From positions 1 through 61,102 of IMG/VR virus record IMGVR_UViG_3300046171_000055: DNA of 61,102 nucleotides, one strand, 5' to 3'. The stretch is from a virus (taxonomy: Duplodnaviria; Caudoviricetes). Positions 8,482-16,960 of this stretch are shown here, piece after piece. The stretch's first letter is position 1. Each line of letters opens with the position of its first letter. The position numbers and the translations under genes were made by a program. The notes under the pieces were generated by a model. It was not told where the DNA came from, searched no databases, and saw nothing but the letters and a program-made list of their open reading frames with translations.

Positions 8482-10068
8482 TTAATTATTATTATCTTGA
8501 TAGGTTCTTGCCATTGTTATAATGGCATTGGTAGATAGAAGAGTAACTGCAACTGAAACTGCATTCTGTAAAGCAGTCTTAGTTACTTTCAATGGGTCAA
8601 TAATACCCATCTCATACATATCTCCATACTCATCGTTCTTAACATCATATCCACCTGAGAAGATATCACTCTCTCTAAACATACCATTATCATACTGCTC
8701 ACCTGCGTTTTCCCATATTTGTAATAGGGGTGCACGAAGTGCATCGTATAACATTTGTTGTGCTTTATTATCAGAGTCTTCATATTTAAATGATTGTCTA
8801 AATAAAGCAATACCTCCACCCGGAAGTATACCTTCTTCTAAAGCAGACCTGACTGCACATACTGCATCATCCACTCTATCATATAGTTCTTTTTGTTCTA
8901 AGTCAGTATTACCTCCAACATATATAACACCTACACCACCTGTTAATGTAGCAATCCTACTTAGTATAAATTCTTTATCGTCTTTTCTTTTAGTAGCTTT
9001 CAAAGCTTCTTTAAGTTCAGACACTCTTGTTTTAATAAGACTTTCATTATCTACATCGTCTTTGATGACGACAGTTGAGTCACGACCAACTATCACCTTG
9101 GCACAGTGACCCAAATCATTTACTGTCATCAATGATAAATCGTCACCGGTTTTTTCGCTAAAGTATGTAGCACCAACACTTGCTGCAATGTCTTGCATTA
9201 GTTCGTGTTGTTTATATCCAAAGGATGGAGGACCAATTGTACAAAGCTTCAAGTTGCTTTTCATTACATTGGCTGCTAAAGTATTTACAACATTAGATGA
9301 AGTAGGTGCAATAATTAAAAGTCTTTTACTTTCTGATATCACAGGCTTCAATATATTTTCAATACTTAAAATGTTTTCAATAGGTGCATCACTAACTAAT
9401 ACAAAACAATCTTCAAGAATACATTCATCTTTCTTTTGGTTGTTTACAAATAGTGGTGATTCATAACCTCTATCAATCTTAAGACCATTAGTGGTTTCAT
9501 AATACGTCTCAGATGTTTGAGATTTATCTACTGCAACGATTCCATCCTTTCCCACATTCCTATATACCTTTGCGATTATATCGCCTAGGTAAGAATCATT
9601 GTTAGCAGAAATAGTTGCTACATCTTTTAAAGTTTTATTATTAACTTTCTTTGACTTGGCTCTTAGGTTCTTTACAACCTTATTAGTTTCATTAACTAGG
9701 TCCCTTAATACTTGTGTCTTATTCTTGTCTAAATCTTTACCTGCGTTGACTAACGCTTCTGTGATTACAATTGCAGTTGTAGTTCCGTCTCCTGCTTGAG
9801 TAGCAGTTCTATCGGATGCTTCCTTCATAATCTTTACTGCAAGATTTTCTGTAGGGTCAAGTAATGCTACTGACTTAGCTACAGTAACTCCGTCTTTAGT
9901 TACAGTGATTCCGTTAGTGTGTTGTGGTGATTCTATTAGAACAGTTTGACCGGATGGTCCTAGTGTAGACTTAACTGCTTTAGATATTTTTTCAATCCCT
10001 TTGTAAAGTTTGTCTCTACCTTCTTCTTCAAATAAAAGATTCTTCGGACTGTATCCTAATTCTGACAT
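8482..10068 (-). CDS. groEL: Chaperonin GroEL
   Basis: STLGPSG, TKDGVTVAK, AGDGTTTA, DRVDDAVCA, GILPGGG, GIIDPLKV motifs; TATCTTTG promoter box at 10091-10098. Confidence 0.97.
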   Translation of the reverse strand: MSELGYSPKNLLFEEEGRDKLYKGIEKISKAVKSTLGPSGQTVLIESPQHTNGITVTKDGVTVAKSVALLDPTENLAVKIMKEASDRTATQAGDGTTTAIVITEALVNAGKDLDKNKTQVLRDLVNETNKVVKNLRAKSKKVNNKTLKDVATISANNDSYLGDIIAKVYRNVGKDGIVAVDKSQTSETYYETTNGLKIDRGYESPLFVNNQKKDECILEDCFVLVSDAPIENILSIENILKPVISESKRLLIIAPTSSNVVNTLAANVMKSNLKLCTIGPPSFGYKQHELMQDIAASVGATYFSEKTGDDLSLMTVNDLGHCAKVIVGRDSTVVIKDDVDNESLIKTRVSELKEALKATKRKDDKEFILSRIATLTGGVGVIYVGGNTDLEQKELYDRVDDAVCAVRSALEEGILPGGGIALFRQSFKYEDSDNKAQQMLYDALRAPLLQIWENAGEQYDNGMFRESDIFSGGYDVKNDEYGDMYEMGIIDPLKVTKTALQNAVSVAVTLLSTNAIITMARTYQDNNN

Positions 10069-10121
10069 AATGTATTTAATTTAATTTAGTCAAAGATACA
10101 AATTTATTTTATCTTAGCTTT

Positions 10122-10466
10122 ATGGACTATAACTCTAATTTTGAATACGACCTTGAACTTGGTAAAGTAAAAGAAAAAGAACTATATGATATTTTCTCAT
10201 ATAAAAAGATTGAAGTAAAAACTGACTTCAAAGCAAATGAAACAGGTAATGTATTTATTGAATATGAAAGCCGAGGAAAAAAAAGTGGTATAGCTACAAG
10301 CCTAGCAGATTATTATTGTATTGCTATTGGAGAATCATTTCATATAATGAAGCCTGAACTGTTAAAGAAAAAATGCAGGAAGTATTTAGGAACTAAAAGA
10401 GATGTCCTTGGTGGAGACAACAATACATCTAAAGGAATATTATTACCGGTAATTGAACTTGTTTAA
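10122..10466 (+). CDS. PD-(D/E)XK-fold putative nuclease
   Basis: IEVKTD...TGNVFIEYESRGKKSGI motif. Confidence 0.55.
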   Translation: MDYNSNFEYDLELGKVKEKELYDIFSYKKIEVKTDFKANETGNVFIEYESRGKKSGIATSLADYYCIAIGESFHIMKPELLKKKCRKYLGTKRDVLGGDNNTSKGILLPVIELV

Positions 10467-10559
10467 CTTTCGTCTAAATTATAATATTGCAATAATTCTC
10501 TCTCTATATAGTAGTAGTAGTAGTATTGAGACTTTAATATACTCTATCTATGATAGACT

Positions 10560-10650
10560 ATTTTTTAACATTTCAACATAAAAAAATATAAAGTATTAAT
10601 AATCAATAAGTTAGAAAAAATAAAGTAACATATAAAATAACATAGCTATG
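10560..10650. other. AT-rich origin-like module A
   Basis: AACAT repeats around an IHF-consensus match AATCAATAAGTTA (10601-10613); similar to 20350-20420. Confidence 0.45.
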
Positions 10651-10658
10651 TTGAATAT

Positions 10659-10732
10659 GCACCTATAGCTTAATTGGATAAAGCAACTGCCTTCTAAGCA
10701 GTAGAGTCTAGGTTCGAGTCCTAGTAGGTGTA
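10659..10732 (+). tRNA. tRNA-Arg (anticodon TCT)
   Basis: Cloverleaf: acceptor GCACCTA/TAGGTGT, D arm GCTT/AAGC, anticodon arm ACTGC-CTTCTAA-GCAGT, T arm CTAGG-TTCGAGT-CCTAG; CCA not encoded. Confidence 0.95.
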
Positions 10733-10765
10733 CAAAAAAAAAGAGGAACATATAGTTCCCCTTCC
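10733..10765 (-). terminator. Intrinsic terminator
   Basis: Minus strand GGGGAAC-TATAT-GTTCCTC followed by a T run, downstream of 10790..10984. Confidence 0.65.
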
Positions 10766-10789
10766 TCCAATCAATCAAATCAAAATCAA

Positions 10790-10984
10790 CTACATTCTGT
10801 AGAAGTTCTTTCGACCTTCTGCAAGGTCAATGCCATCAGCATACATATCTACTTTCTTTGCTCTTCTCATAGCTTTGCGTAGCATAGCTGCTTGTTCTAT
10901 TCCGGATACTCCGTTTGGTCTGTCATTGATAAGTCTTCCCTTCTCAACTCTAAGACCTCCCATACTTTGATATTTCATTTTCAT
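10790..10984 (-). CDS. Hypothetical protein (probable start MKMKYQ at 10984)
   Basis: ORF track 10790..11074; TATCTTTG box at 11002-11009 favours the shorter start. Confidence 0.6.
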   Translation of the reverse strand: MKMKYQSMGGLRVEKGRLINDRPNGVSGIEQAAMLRKAMRRAKKVDMYADGIDLAEGRKNFYRM

Positions 10985-11039
10985 ATCTAATCTGTTTTGT
11001 ACAAAGATACAAAAATATTTTAGATGTATATAGTCTTTA

Positions 11040-11106
11040 GGTTCCCCCCCGGTCCACGCTGACGGAGCCTCCACCGAAACCGATTTTTTTTCGAGGGGTG
11101 GGGTGC
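11040..11106. other. GC-rich island at the divergence of the two arms; candidate physical genome terminus
   Basis: C7 run (11044-11050) and GGGGTGGGG (11095-11103) in an AT-rich genome, within the largest non-coding gap. Confidence 0.4.
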
Positions 11107-11279
11107 AAGTTCCAAATCTGCAATCAGACTTTTTTAGCTTTTTCTAGCAGTACTTGTTGTCTACCTGTTGACACTGCAACAGGTAGTCACTGCATCCTCT
11201 GTAGACTCTACGATTATCCTAGTAAAGTCTACGATATAAAGAGCATTACCTCTCTGTTACTCTCTTATACAAGCAAAGA

Positions 11280-11295
11280 GTGTCTTTGAAGACAC
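11280..11295. repeat. 16-bp palindrome copy 2 (TG centre)
   Basis: Exact match, intergenic, upstream of the first early gene. Confidence 0.95.
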
Positions 11296-11543
11296 AAAGA
11301 GACTTTGCTCAACCTCTGTGCGAAAGTTTAGGACCATAAACAATAGTCAGTAATTAAACGAGAAAAAGAAAATTGCTTGAGGTAGTGAAAGAAAGATTAA
11401 ACATTTAGACAAAATATAGTCGAGAATTAGAAAGAATATTGTATATTGCAATCGATAAGGGAAGTTAAAAACAAGAGAAAACGACCCTAATGTGCTGAAA
11501 GTCAGCATTTTAACTTAAATTAAATAACTAAACAGACAAAATT

Positions 11544-12188
11544 ATGAGTCAATTATTAGAAATCGAAAGTGCATTCCTTAGTTCATCAGAGGTAAAAGAT
11601 GCATTAAAGCTAAACGAAGTGAAACGAGTTCAGCGAAGTATTAACAATGCCCACAAGACAAAATTTAACCATACGATGAAGTTGGCAAACCTCATCAACG
11701 ATGCAGTTAAATGGTTCGATAGTGAAGAAGGCAAAGAGAAATTAAGAGAGGAAGGTATCGAATGGTCAAAAGAGGAATTTGGAAAAAAGACATTTGGCTA
11801 TCAGAAGTCTTTCTTTTACAAACTAATTAAGTCTGCTAACCTAGACCCAAGAATACTTGAAGCATTCAACACTAAATGCGATGAGATAGGAACAGATGCT
11901 AACAGAAGTATAGCCGGTCTTCTAGAGTTCTCTAGAACAATAGATTTAGATTCTCTAGAGCATTCAGAAGATGCTACAGAAGAAGAAATTGCTCAAGCAG
12001 AGCAAGAGGTTATCGAGTCTACTGAAGTAGAGCAAGAGAGAACAAATTATTTATTTGTTATGACCTACAAAAATCCTCAAGGCAACAATCTATCTGTTAG
12101 AGTTGATGATGCTGGAAACGTATCTGGAAACAATTTAGAAGAAATAGCAAACGCAATTCAATTCTTACAAAATTCAATCAATAATTAA
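11544..12188 (+). CDS. First early protein, putative HTH DNA-binding protein
   Basis: WSKEEFGKKTFGYQKSFFYKLIK resembles ParB/DUF3102-type HTH segments; acidic linker; function inferred. Confidence 0.5.
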   Translation: MSQLLEIESAFLSSSEVKDALKLNEVKRVQRSINNAHKTKFNHTMKLANLINDAVKWFDSEEGKEKLREEGIEWSKEEFGKKTFGYQKSFFYKLIKSANLDPRILEAFNTKCDEIGTDANRSIAGLLEFSRTIDLDSLEHSEDATEEEIAQAEQEVIESTEVEQERTNYLFVMTYKNPQGNNLSVRVDDAGNVSGNNLEEIANAIQFLQNSINN

Positions 12189-12191
12189 TCA

Positions 12192-12207
12192 GTGTCTTCA
12201 AAGACAC
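12192..12207. repeat. 16-bp palindrome copy 3 (CA centre)
   Basis: Exact match 3 nt after the stop of 11544..12188. Confidence 0.95.
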
Positions 12208-12224
12208 ACAAAACCACAGAAAAA

Positions 12225-13178
12225 ATGAGTACAGAAATTCAATACGATAATTCAAATGATGCCGGTAGAAACCGAGTTCAGTCTTATCACAGAAGTCCTA
12301 GTCCGAGAGACCTCTCTAAAGGTGCAAAGTCTTCCGATATTAAAAATCTGAAGTCTGCATCCAAGAGAAACCTAATCGAGTTAGGCGATGGCAATACCGA
12401 GTCTAAATTTACTATCGGTATGGAAGTAGAAAAGCAACGACTCTCTAGAGGTGCAGTTAAAGAATATCCTTTGTTTGCCGGATTCGAGAGAGATTCCTCT
12501 TGTGGCTATGAAGCCATTACTAATATCATTCCTTTGTTACCTAGTGGACAATGGAGAAACAAAGTTTTCAATATGATGTTCCAAGCTAGGAAAATTATAG
12601 AAGACCAATACTCTCCTAGTTCTACTAGATGTGGTGGTCACATTACACTAGCAGTTCAAGGAATGACCGGTGCTGAAGTTATGAAAGCTATCAGAAAAAA
12701 TTGTGGGATTGTTTACTCTCTATTTTACAAGAGGTTGAACAATGGTTACTGCAATGGTAATATGACAATGTTAGATAAGAGTACTTTAGCATCTGATGAG
12801 GTTATGAGATACCAAAGAAGATACGATGTGTGTCTTGACAAGGGTAACACTATCGAGTTTAGGTTAGTTAGTAGATTCCAATCTGTAAAGCAGATGATGA
12901 GAAGATACGAATTGTTCTATGAGTTACTTGATTTCTCAATTAACAATCCTAATGGAAGTCACAATACATTCCTTAAGAAAATTACTCCAATCGTTAAGTC
13001 TATGTACAATGGAGATATGGACAAAGTGAATGAGAAGTTAACCTTAGCTAAATCATTTAGAACAATGATTCTTAAGAATAAAGTTAACCGAGATGTGATA
13101 AACTATGTTGACCCAATGCGAAGACTAGATGCAAGTAAATGGTACGACAGAGACCTTAATCGAAATGGTTACAATTAA
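12225..13178 (+). CDS. Putative amidoligase (Amidoligase_2 / COOH-NH2 ligase family)
   Basis: FTIGMEVE, ERDSS..YEAIT, CGGHITL, TIEFR motifs; ATG at 12225 preferred over the GTG inside the palindrome. Confidence 0.8.
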   Translation: MSTEIQYDNSNDAGRNRVQSYHRSPSPRDLSKGAKSSDIKNLKSASKRNLIELGDGNTESKFTIGMEVEKQRLSRGAVKEYPLFAGFERDSSCGYEAITNIIPLLPSGQWRNKVFNMMFQARKIIEDQYSPSSTRCGGHITLAVQGMTGAEVMKAIRKNCGIVYSLFYKRLNNGYCNGNMTMLDKSTLASDEVMRYQRRYDVCLDKGNTIEFRLVSRFQSVKQMMRRYELFYELLDFSINNPNGSHNTFLKKITPIVKSMYNGDMDKVNEKLTLAKSFRTMILKNKVNRDVINYVDPMRRLDASKWYDRDLNRNGYN

Positions 13179-13191
13179 AAATCAAAGGGTA

Positions 13192-13207
13192 GTGTCTTCA
13201 AAGACAC
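13192..13207. repeat. 16-bp palindrome copy 4 (CA centre), within an extended hairpin GGGTAGTGTCTT/AAGACACTATCC
   Basis: Exact match just after the amidoligase stop and immediately 5' of the hammerhead. Confidence 0.95.
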
Positions 13208-13212
13208 TATCC

Positions 13213-13263
13213 TCTGTCTATCGGTGTGTGCCGGTACTGATGAGTTCAAAAGAACGAAACAGA
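13213..13263 (+). ncRNA. Type III hammerhead ribozyme
   Basis: Stem III UCUGU/ACAGA; GUC cleavage triplet (cut after 13218); stem I UAUCGGU-GUGU-GCCGGUA; CUGAUGA core 13237-13243; stem II GUUC-AAAA-GAAC; GAAA 13256-13259. Confidence 0.92.
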
Positions 13264-13287
13264 AACATTAATTTAAATTCAATCAAG

Positions 13288-13524
13288 ATGAAAAATCAAA
13301 TCAGAAATTATGCAGAAACAATTCTGTATGTATCAGTAACACTAGGAGTCTTCTCAATGGTAGGTAGACTATTAATCCACATTATTTTTAACGATGCTAG
13401 AATGCTCATTCAGACATTCAGTGGAGCAGTATCAATGCTTGTAGTATTTGCATTCTTATTATTCTTAATGTATGCAACATTCACACTTATAGTAGCTGAC
13501 ATAAAAGAGAGACACAATGCATAG
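13288..13524 (+). CDS. Small membrane protein (2 TM)
   Basis: Start reassigned to MKNQIRNY at 13288, downstream of the ribozyme; two hydrophobic helices. Confidence 0.65.
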   Translation: MKNQIRNYAETILYVSVTLGVFSMVGRLLIHIIFNDARMLIQTFSGAVSMLVVFAFLLFLMYATFTLIVADIKERHNA

Positions 13525-13684
13525 AGAAAGAAAACACTACTACAAAGTTAGATATGCAGGTAAGCTAATTAAAGTCTTATCTGCTCATTCTAAATGGGAA
13601 GCAATCGACAGAATTTACAATGATAATATTGGTAGGTACAAGTGGATTGTCAGAGAAAAATTTACAGCAGTTAAATCTAAATAA
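13517..13684 (+). CDS. Small hypothetical protein (55 aa)
   Basis: Hand-translated MHRERKHYYKVRYAGKLIKVLSAHSKWEAIDRIYNDNIGRYKWIVREKFTAVKSK; fills the gap. Confidence 0.6.
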   Translation: MHRERKHYYKVRYAGKLIKVLSAHSKWEAIDRIYNDNIGRYKWIVREKFTAVKSK

Positions 13685-13694
13685 AATTAAAATT

Positions 13695-14048
13695 ATGTAT
13701 AAAGTAACATTACAATTCAATACTCATAAGATTACTTATGGGTCGAACAGAGGGCAGTGGGTCATAACTAAAGAGTTCAACGACCTAAGACACTGCAACA
13801 ATTTCATAGACTATATATGCAGAACAAAAGCATACTCACTTGATGAGATATGGTACGAGTCCGGTTATCCTTTCAAAGAGGGTGACAAATATTTCACCTT
13901 AGAGAAGAATCAAATCATTAGTTCTTGGTGGGATGATGTGTCAGAAGAATTGTTTGATAAGAATACCATCTACTTTGTGACACAAAAAGATGCAGAGAAT
14001 TATAGAGATAGTATGAAAGATGTAACAATCATAAATCTAAGACAATGA
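13695..14048 (+). CDS. Hypothetical protein
   Basis: ORF track 13620..14048; start MYKVTLQF after an A/T-rich leader. Confidence 0.65.
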   Translation: MYKVTLQFNTHKITYGSNRGQWVITKEFNDLRHCNNFIDYICRTKAYSLDEIWYESGYPFKEGDKYFTLEKNQIISSWWDDVSEELFDKNTIYFVTQKDAENYRDSMKDVTIINLRQ

Positions 14049-14563
14049 AAAAATTAATATTTATATCAGCATTATCTGTGGTTGGATATGTGAGTAGTTC
14101 TGTGTCTTCAAAGACACAAACTGCTCAGACAGAGGTAAGTCAACAGACAGACTCTGTTCTAGTGGTACGGGAGGAAGTAGTTCCTCCCAAGCCATTGGCG
14201 ATAGACACATTGCTAGTTGCAATTATGTATGTAGAATCTAGACTAGACTCAACGGCATATGCAAAGAATGAAAATGCCGTAGGAGTTTTACAGATAAGAC
14301 CAATAATGGTTCGTGAAGTTAATAGAGTTCTAAAAAAGATGGGCAAGGAAGATAGATATACATTGAAAGACAGATGGAGTTTAGTGAAGTCAGTCGAGAT
14401 GTTTAATGTCATACGAGACTATCACCATAAAGAATCAGACTATGAAACCATAGCAAGATGTTGGAATGGTGGAAGGAGAGGTGATAGAAAAAAATCTACA
14501 CTTGTGTATTGGGAACGAGTTCAAATACAAATAAATAATATCAATCAAATTTTAAATAAATAG
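14045..14563 (+). CDS. Secreted lysozyme-fold protein (transglycosylase/destabilase-like)
   Basis: Signal peptide; AIMYVES catalytic Glu, GVLQI, ARCWNGG motifs. Confidence 0.75.
   Translation: MKKLIFISALSVVGYVSSSVSSKTQTAQTEVSQQTDSVLVVREEVVPPKPLAIDTLLVAIMYVESRLDSTAYAKNENAVGVLQIRPIMVREVNRVLKKMGKEDRYTLKDRWSLVKSVEMFNVIRDYHHKESDYETIARCWNGGRRGDRKKSTLVYWERVQIQINNINQILNK
14102..14117. repeat. 16-bp palindrome copy 5 (CA centre)
   Basis: Exact match inside CDS, linker SVSSKTQ. Confidence 0.95.
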
Positions 14564-14565
14564 TT

Positions 14566-14865
14566 ATGACAAACAAAGAACAAATAATCAAAGAGTTAAG
14601 AAGAAGAATGCAGATAGCTAGAGACACTCAAGCTATAGGCAGAGAAAGATACCTAGCTACACTCATAGAGGGTGTGAAGAATGAATTCAAACCTGCGTAT
14701 GACGATGAGGGAAAAAAGTTTAGCACCTGCTTTGACAATATGGAATTAAGTGGAAGCTTTTCAATGCAGTTGAGTTGGTGGAATAATTTTGCAGACTATG
14801 TGCAAGAACATAGAAACACTTGCTACAACAATGCTTGTGAATACGCAGATGAAAAAGAAAGATAA
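14566..14865 (+). CDS. Hypothetical protein
   Basis: 99-aa ORF in operon. Confidence 0.65.
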   Translation: MTNKEQIIKELRRRMQIARDTQAIGRERYLATLIEGVKNEFKPAYDDEGKKFSTCFDNMELSGSFSMQLSWWNNFADYVQEHRNTCYNNACEYADEKER

Positions 14866-14872
14866 GATTAGA

Positions 14873-14904
14873 CTTGCGTATGTCTAAATTTAGTCTTATA
14901 TTTG
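14873..14904 (+). promoter_or_regulatory. Bacteroidota-type promoter (TTG...TATATTTG)
   Basis: TATATTTG at 14897-14904 with TTG about 20 nt upstream. Confidence 0.65.
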
Positions 14905-14930
14905 TCCAATCAATTATTAATCAGAGGTCT

Positions 14931-14946
14931 GTGTCTTCAAAGACAC
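14931..14946. repeat. 16-bp palindrome copy 6 (CA centre)
   Basis: Exact match in the 5' leader between promoter and ATG 14968; flanked by GAGG/CCTC. Confidence 0.95.
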
Positions 14947-14967
14947 TCCTCACAAATCAAATCAAAT

Positions 14968-16038
14968 ATGTGCGTAATTATTATTAAGCAGAAAAACAAT
15001 CAGATGTCAGAGGAAATAGCCAAGACCTCTGCAAGAATTAATCCTCACGGATTAGGAATTATTTGGCTAGATACTTTTGAAGTCGAGTATTATAAATCAA
15101 AAGACTATCGCAAGTTAATTACTAACCGACCTTTCATTGCTCACTTTAGATATGCAACTAAGGGTGCAGTCAACAAAGCAAACACTCATCCATTTGTATG
15201 TGGTAAAAACACAGATGAATTGCTTATGCACAATGGTACAATCAAAGGGTTAGGAGATGCTAAGATGTGCGACAGTAAAGTTCTAGCTAATAACTTAGGG
15301 TCAATGAATCGTATGCATTGGAAAAAACATTTAGAGCAGTATGACTCTCGATTTGTTTCAATCAATCTTCGTACTCGTTCATTTCAAATCTACAACAGAA
15401 ACCTATACACTTATCGAGATGGTATTTGGTATTCCAAAGCCAATGTATTACAAGACAATCTTATTGCAGTGTATGGTACACTAAAGAAAGGGTTTGGTAA
15501 CTACTACTCATACCTAACTAATGCAAAGCATTTAGGTAGAGGTAAGACTCAAGACAAATATCCTTTGTTGGTTGAGGGTTTACCATACTTGGTAGAAAAG
15601 AAAGATGTGGGTCACAATGTGGTGGTTGATGTGTTTAAGGTTAGTGATATGCAACTAAAGAATATTGACCAACTTGAAGGACATCCACGTTGGTACAAGC
15701 GAAAGCAAATACCAATTAAACTAAAGAATCGTACTCTAAATTGTTGGGTGTATTTCAATTCAAAAGACATCACAAACAAAGAGTATCACGAATCTTTTGA
15801 AAGAACCTACAGACAAGAACCACTCTTCACTTTTGAAGATGTTCAGCCAACTTATGATACCACTGAGTATCACGAGGCAATAGATATTGGTTGGTCTGAC
15901 ACAGACTTTCCAACTGAAACCACTCCAACTTGTGTCGATTGTTTCAGTGACTTGGAACACGATGCATTTCACAACTACTACTGCTCATCTTGTGGTGGTT
16001 GGTTCAAGGAAGATGAAGTATTAAAATTTAACGACTAA
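14968..16038 (+). CDS. Class II glutamine amidotransferase fused to gamma-glutamylcyclotransferase (AIG2-like) with C-terminal Zn ribbon
   Basis: N-terminal MCVII (Ntn Cys), NPHGLG, AHFRYATKG, NTHPF, MHNG; then AVYGTLKKG...LEGHPRWY; CVDC...CSSC. Confidence 0.88.
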   Translation: MCVIIIKQKNNQMSEEIAKTSARINPHGLGIIWLDTFEVEYYKSKDYRKLITNRPFIAHFRYATKGAVNKANTHPFVCGKNTDELLMHNGTIKGLGDAKMCDSKVLANNLGSMNRMHWKKHLEQYDSRFVSINLRTRSFQIYNRNLYTYRDGIWYSKANVLQDNLIAVYGTLKKGFGNYYSYLTNAKHLGRGKTQDKYPLLVEGLPYLVEKKDVGHNVVVDVFKVSDMQLKNIDQLEGHPRWYKRKQIPIKLKNRTLNCWVYFNSKDITNKEYHESFERTYRQEPLFTFEDVQPTYDTTEYHEAIDIGWSDTDFPTETTPTCVDCFSDLEHDAFHNYYCSSCGGWFKEDEVLKFND

Positions 16039-16055
16039 TTATAAATCAGAATCAA

Positions 16056-16298
16056 ATGAAAATAGAATTAAACAGAATCAAAAGAATAGCAGAAGACATA
16101 AAGTCAGATGATGAATGGGTAAACGATAGCCATACATCAGCAGAGCATAAAGGAATTAAAGAAGGACTTGATATGTTAATCAGACATCTTGAACAGACAA
16201 ACCATCCAAGAGAGAAATGGTTCCACAAGGCAGACAAGAAGTTAATTGGTGGGTATTGGTATGTCAAAATAGCAGATATAAAATTAGGTAATGTCTAA
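16056..16298 (+). CDS. Hypothetical protein
   Basis: 80-aa ORF with AATCAA leader. Confidence 0.65.
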   Translation: MKIELNRIKRIAEDIKSDDEWVNDSHTSAEHKGIKEGLDMLIRHLEQTNHPREKWFHKADKKLIGGYWYVKIADIKLGNV

Positions 16299-16336
16299 AT
16301 ATTTTACTACTTTAGTACAAATAAAAATCAAATCAA

Positions 16337-16579
16337 ATGGCAAGACTAATTAAAGCAAGTGGGGAGGTGCTACCAAACGTAGACATCTCCTCCCTAAAAA
16401 AAATGCAGGACTTAGTGCAGGGGTATATAGAGTTTATATATCTAAAAGACAATAGAGTCTTAATCTGTAACGAAGAAGGACTGCTTATGAATTTCCCACC
16501 AAATAAACAAGCAAGTAATATCTATGGTCATCGAGTCGTGGGCGATGTGGTAGTATGTGATATTACTGAAATCAAATAA
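16337..16579 (+). CDS. DUF3846-like protein
   Basis: LKKMQDLVQGYIE...ICNEEGLL..PPN..AS....VVGDVV. Confidence 0.75.
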   Translation: MARLIKASGEVLPNVDISSLKKMQDLVQGYIEFIYLKDNRVLICNEEGLLMNFPPNKQASNIYGHRVVGDVVVCDITEIK

Positions 16580-16585
16580 CACCTT

Positions 16586-16960
16586 ATGAAAAATATGATT
16601 CACCTACAACGTGAGCATCTCATCAGTCTAAAGCTAGACGGGGGAAGCAAAGAGGACATTCAAAAAGTACAACAAGCTATGGACAATGGCTCGTATGGAC
16701 ACAAAGAATTTAGATTAACTAGAAAGAAAATGAAACCAACAGAGTTTTTAAATATGTGGGGTAATCCACCGAACATTGAAGATAGTTGCGTTGAAGTTTA
16801 TTTATATCTAGGACTAAACTTTATTCAGAAATTACAACCCAATAAAGAAAAGAAAGAATATAAATATTATTGGGACAACCAAGAGAAGTCTAAAACTGCA
16901 AAGAAACTAGACACCGTAGAGAAAGGTATGTGCGAAGTTATCTTTGATAAATCTTATTAA
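16586..16960 (+). CDS. Hypothetical protein
   Basis: 124-aa ORF in operon. Confidence 0.6.
   Translation: MKNMIHLQREHLISLKLDGGSKEDIQKVQQAMDNGSYGHKEFRLTRKKMKPTEFLNMWGNPPNIEDSCVEVYLYLGLNFIQKLQPNKEKKEYKYYWDNQEKSKTAKKLDTVEKGMCEVIFDKSY

Noticed and set aside
10733-10790. tRNA-associated HDV-like ribozyme or an attachment site after the tRNA
   Set aside because: Only an A run and a simple terminator hairpin follow; no pseudoknot pattern, duplicated tRNA end or integrase seen.
12793-12830. Second CTGATGAG as another hammerhead
   Set aside because: Lies inside the amidoligase CDS and lacks stem II, GAAA and flanking stems.
12192-14967. ORF-track starts at 12192, 13129, 13620 and 14902
   Set aside because: These extensions run through palindromes, the ribozyme, another small gene or a promoter; ATGs at 12225, 13288, 13695 and 14968 fit better (14968 exposes the Ntn Cys).
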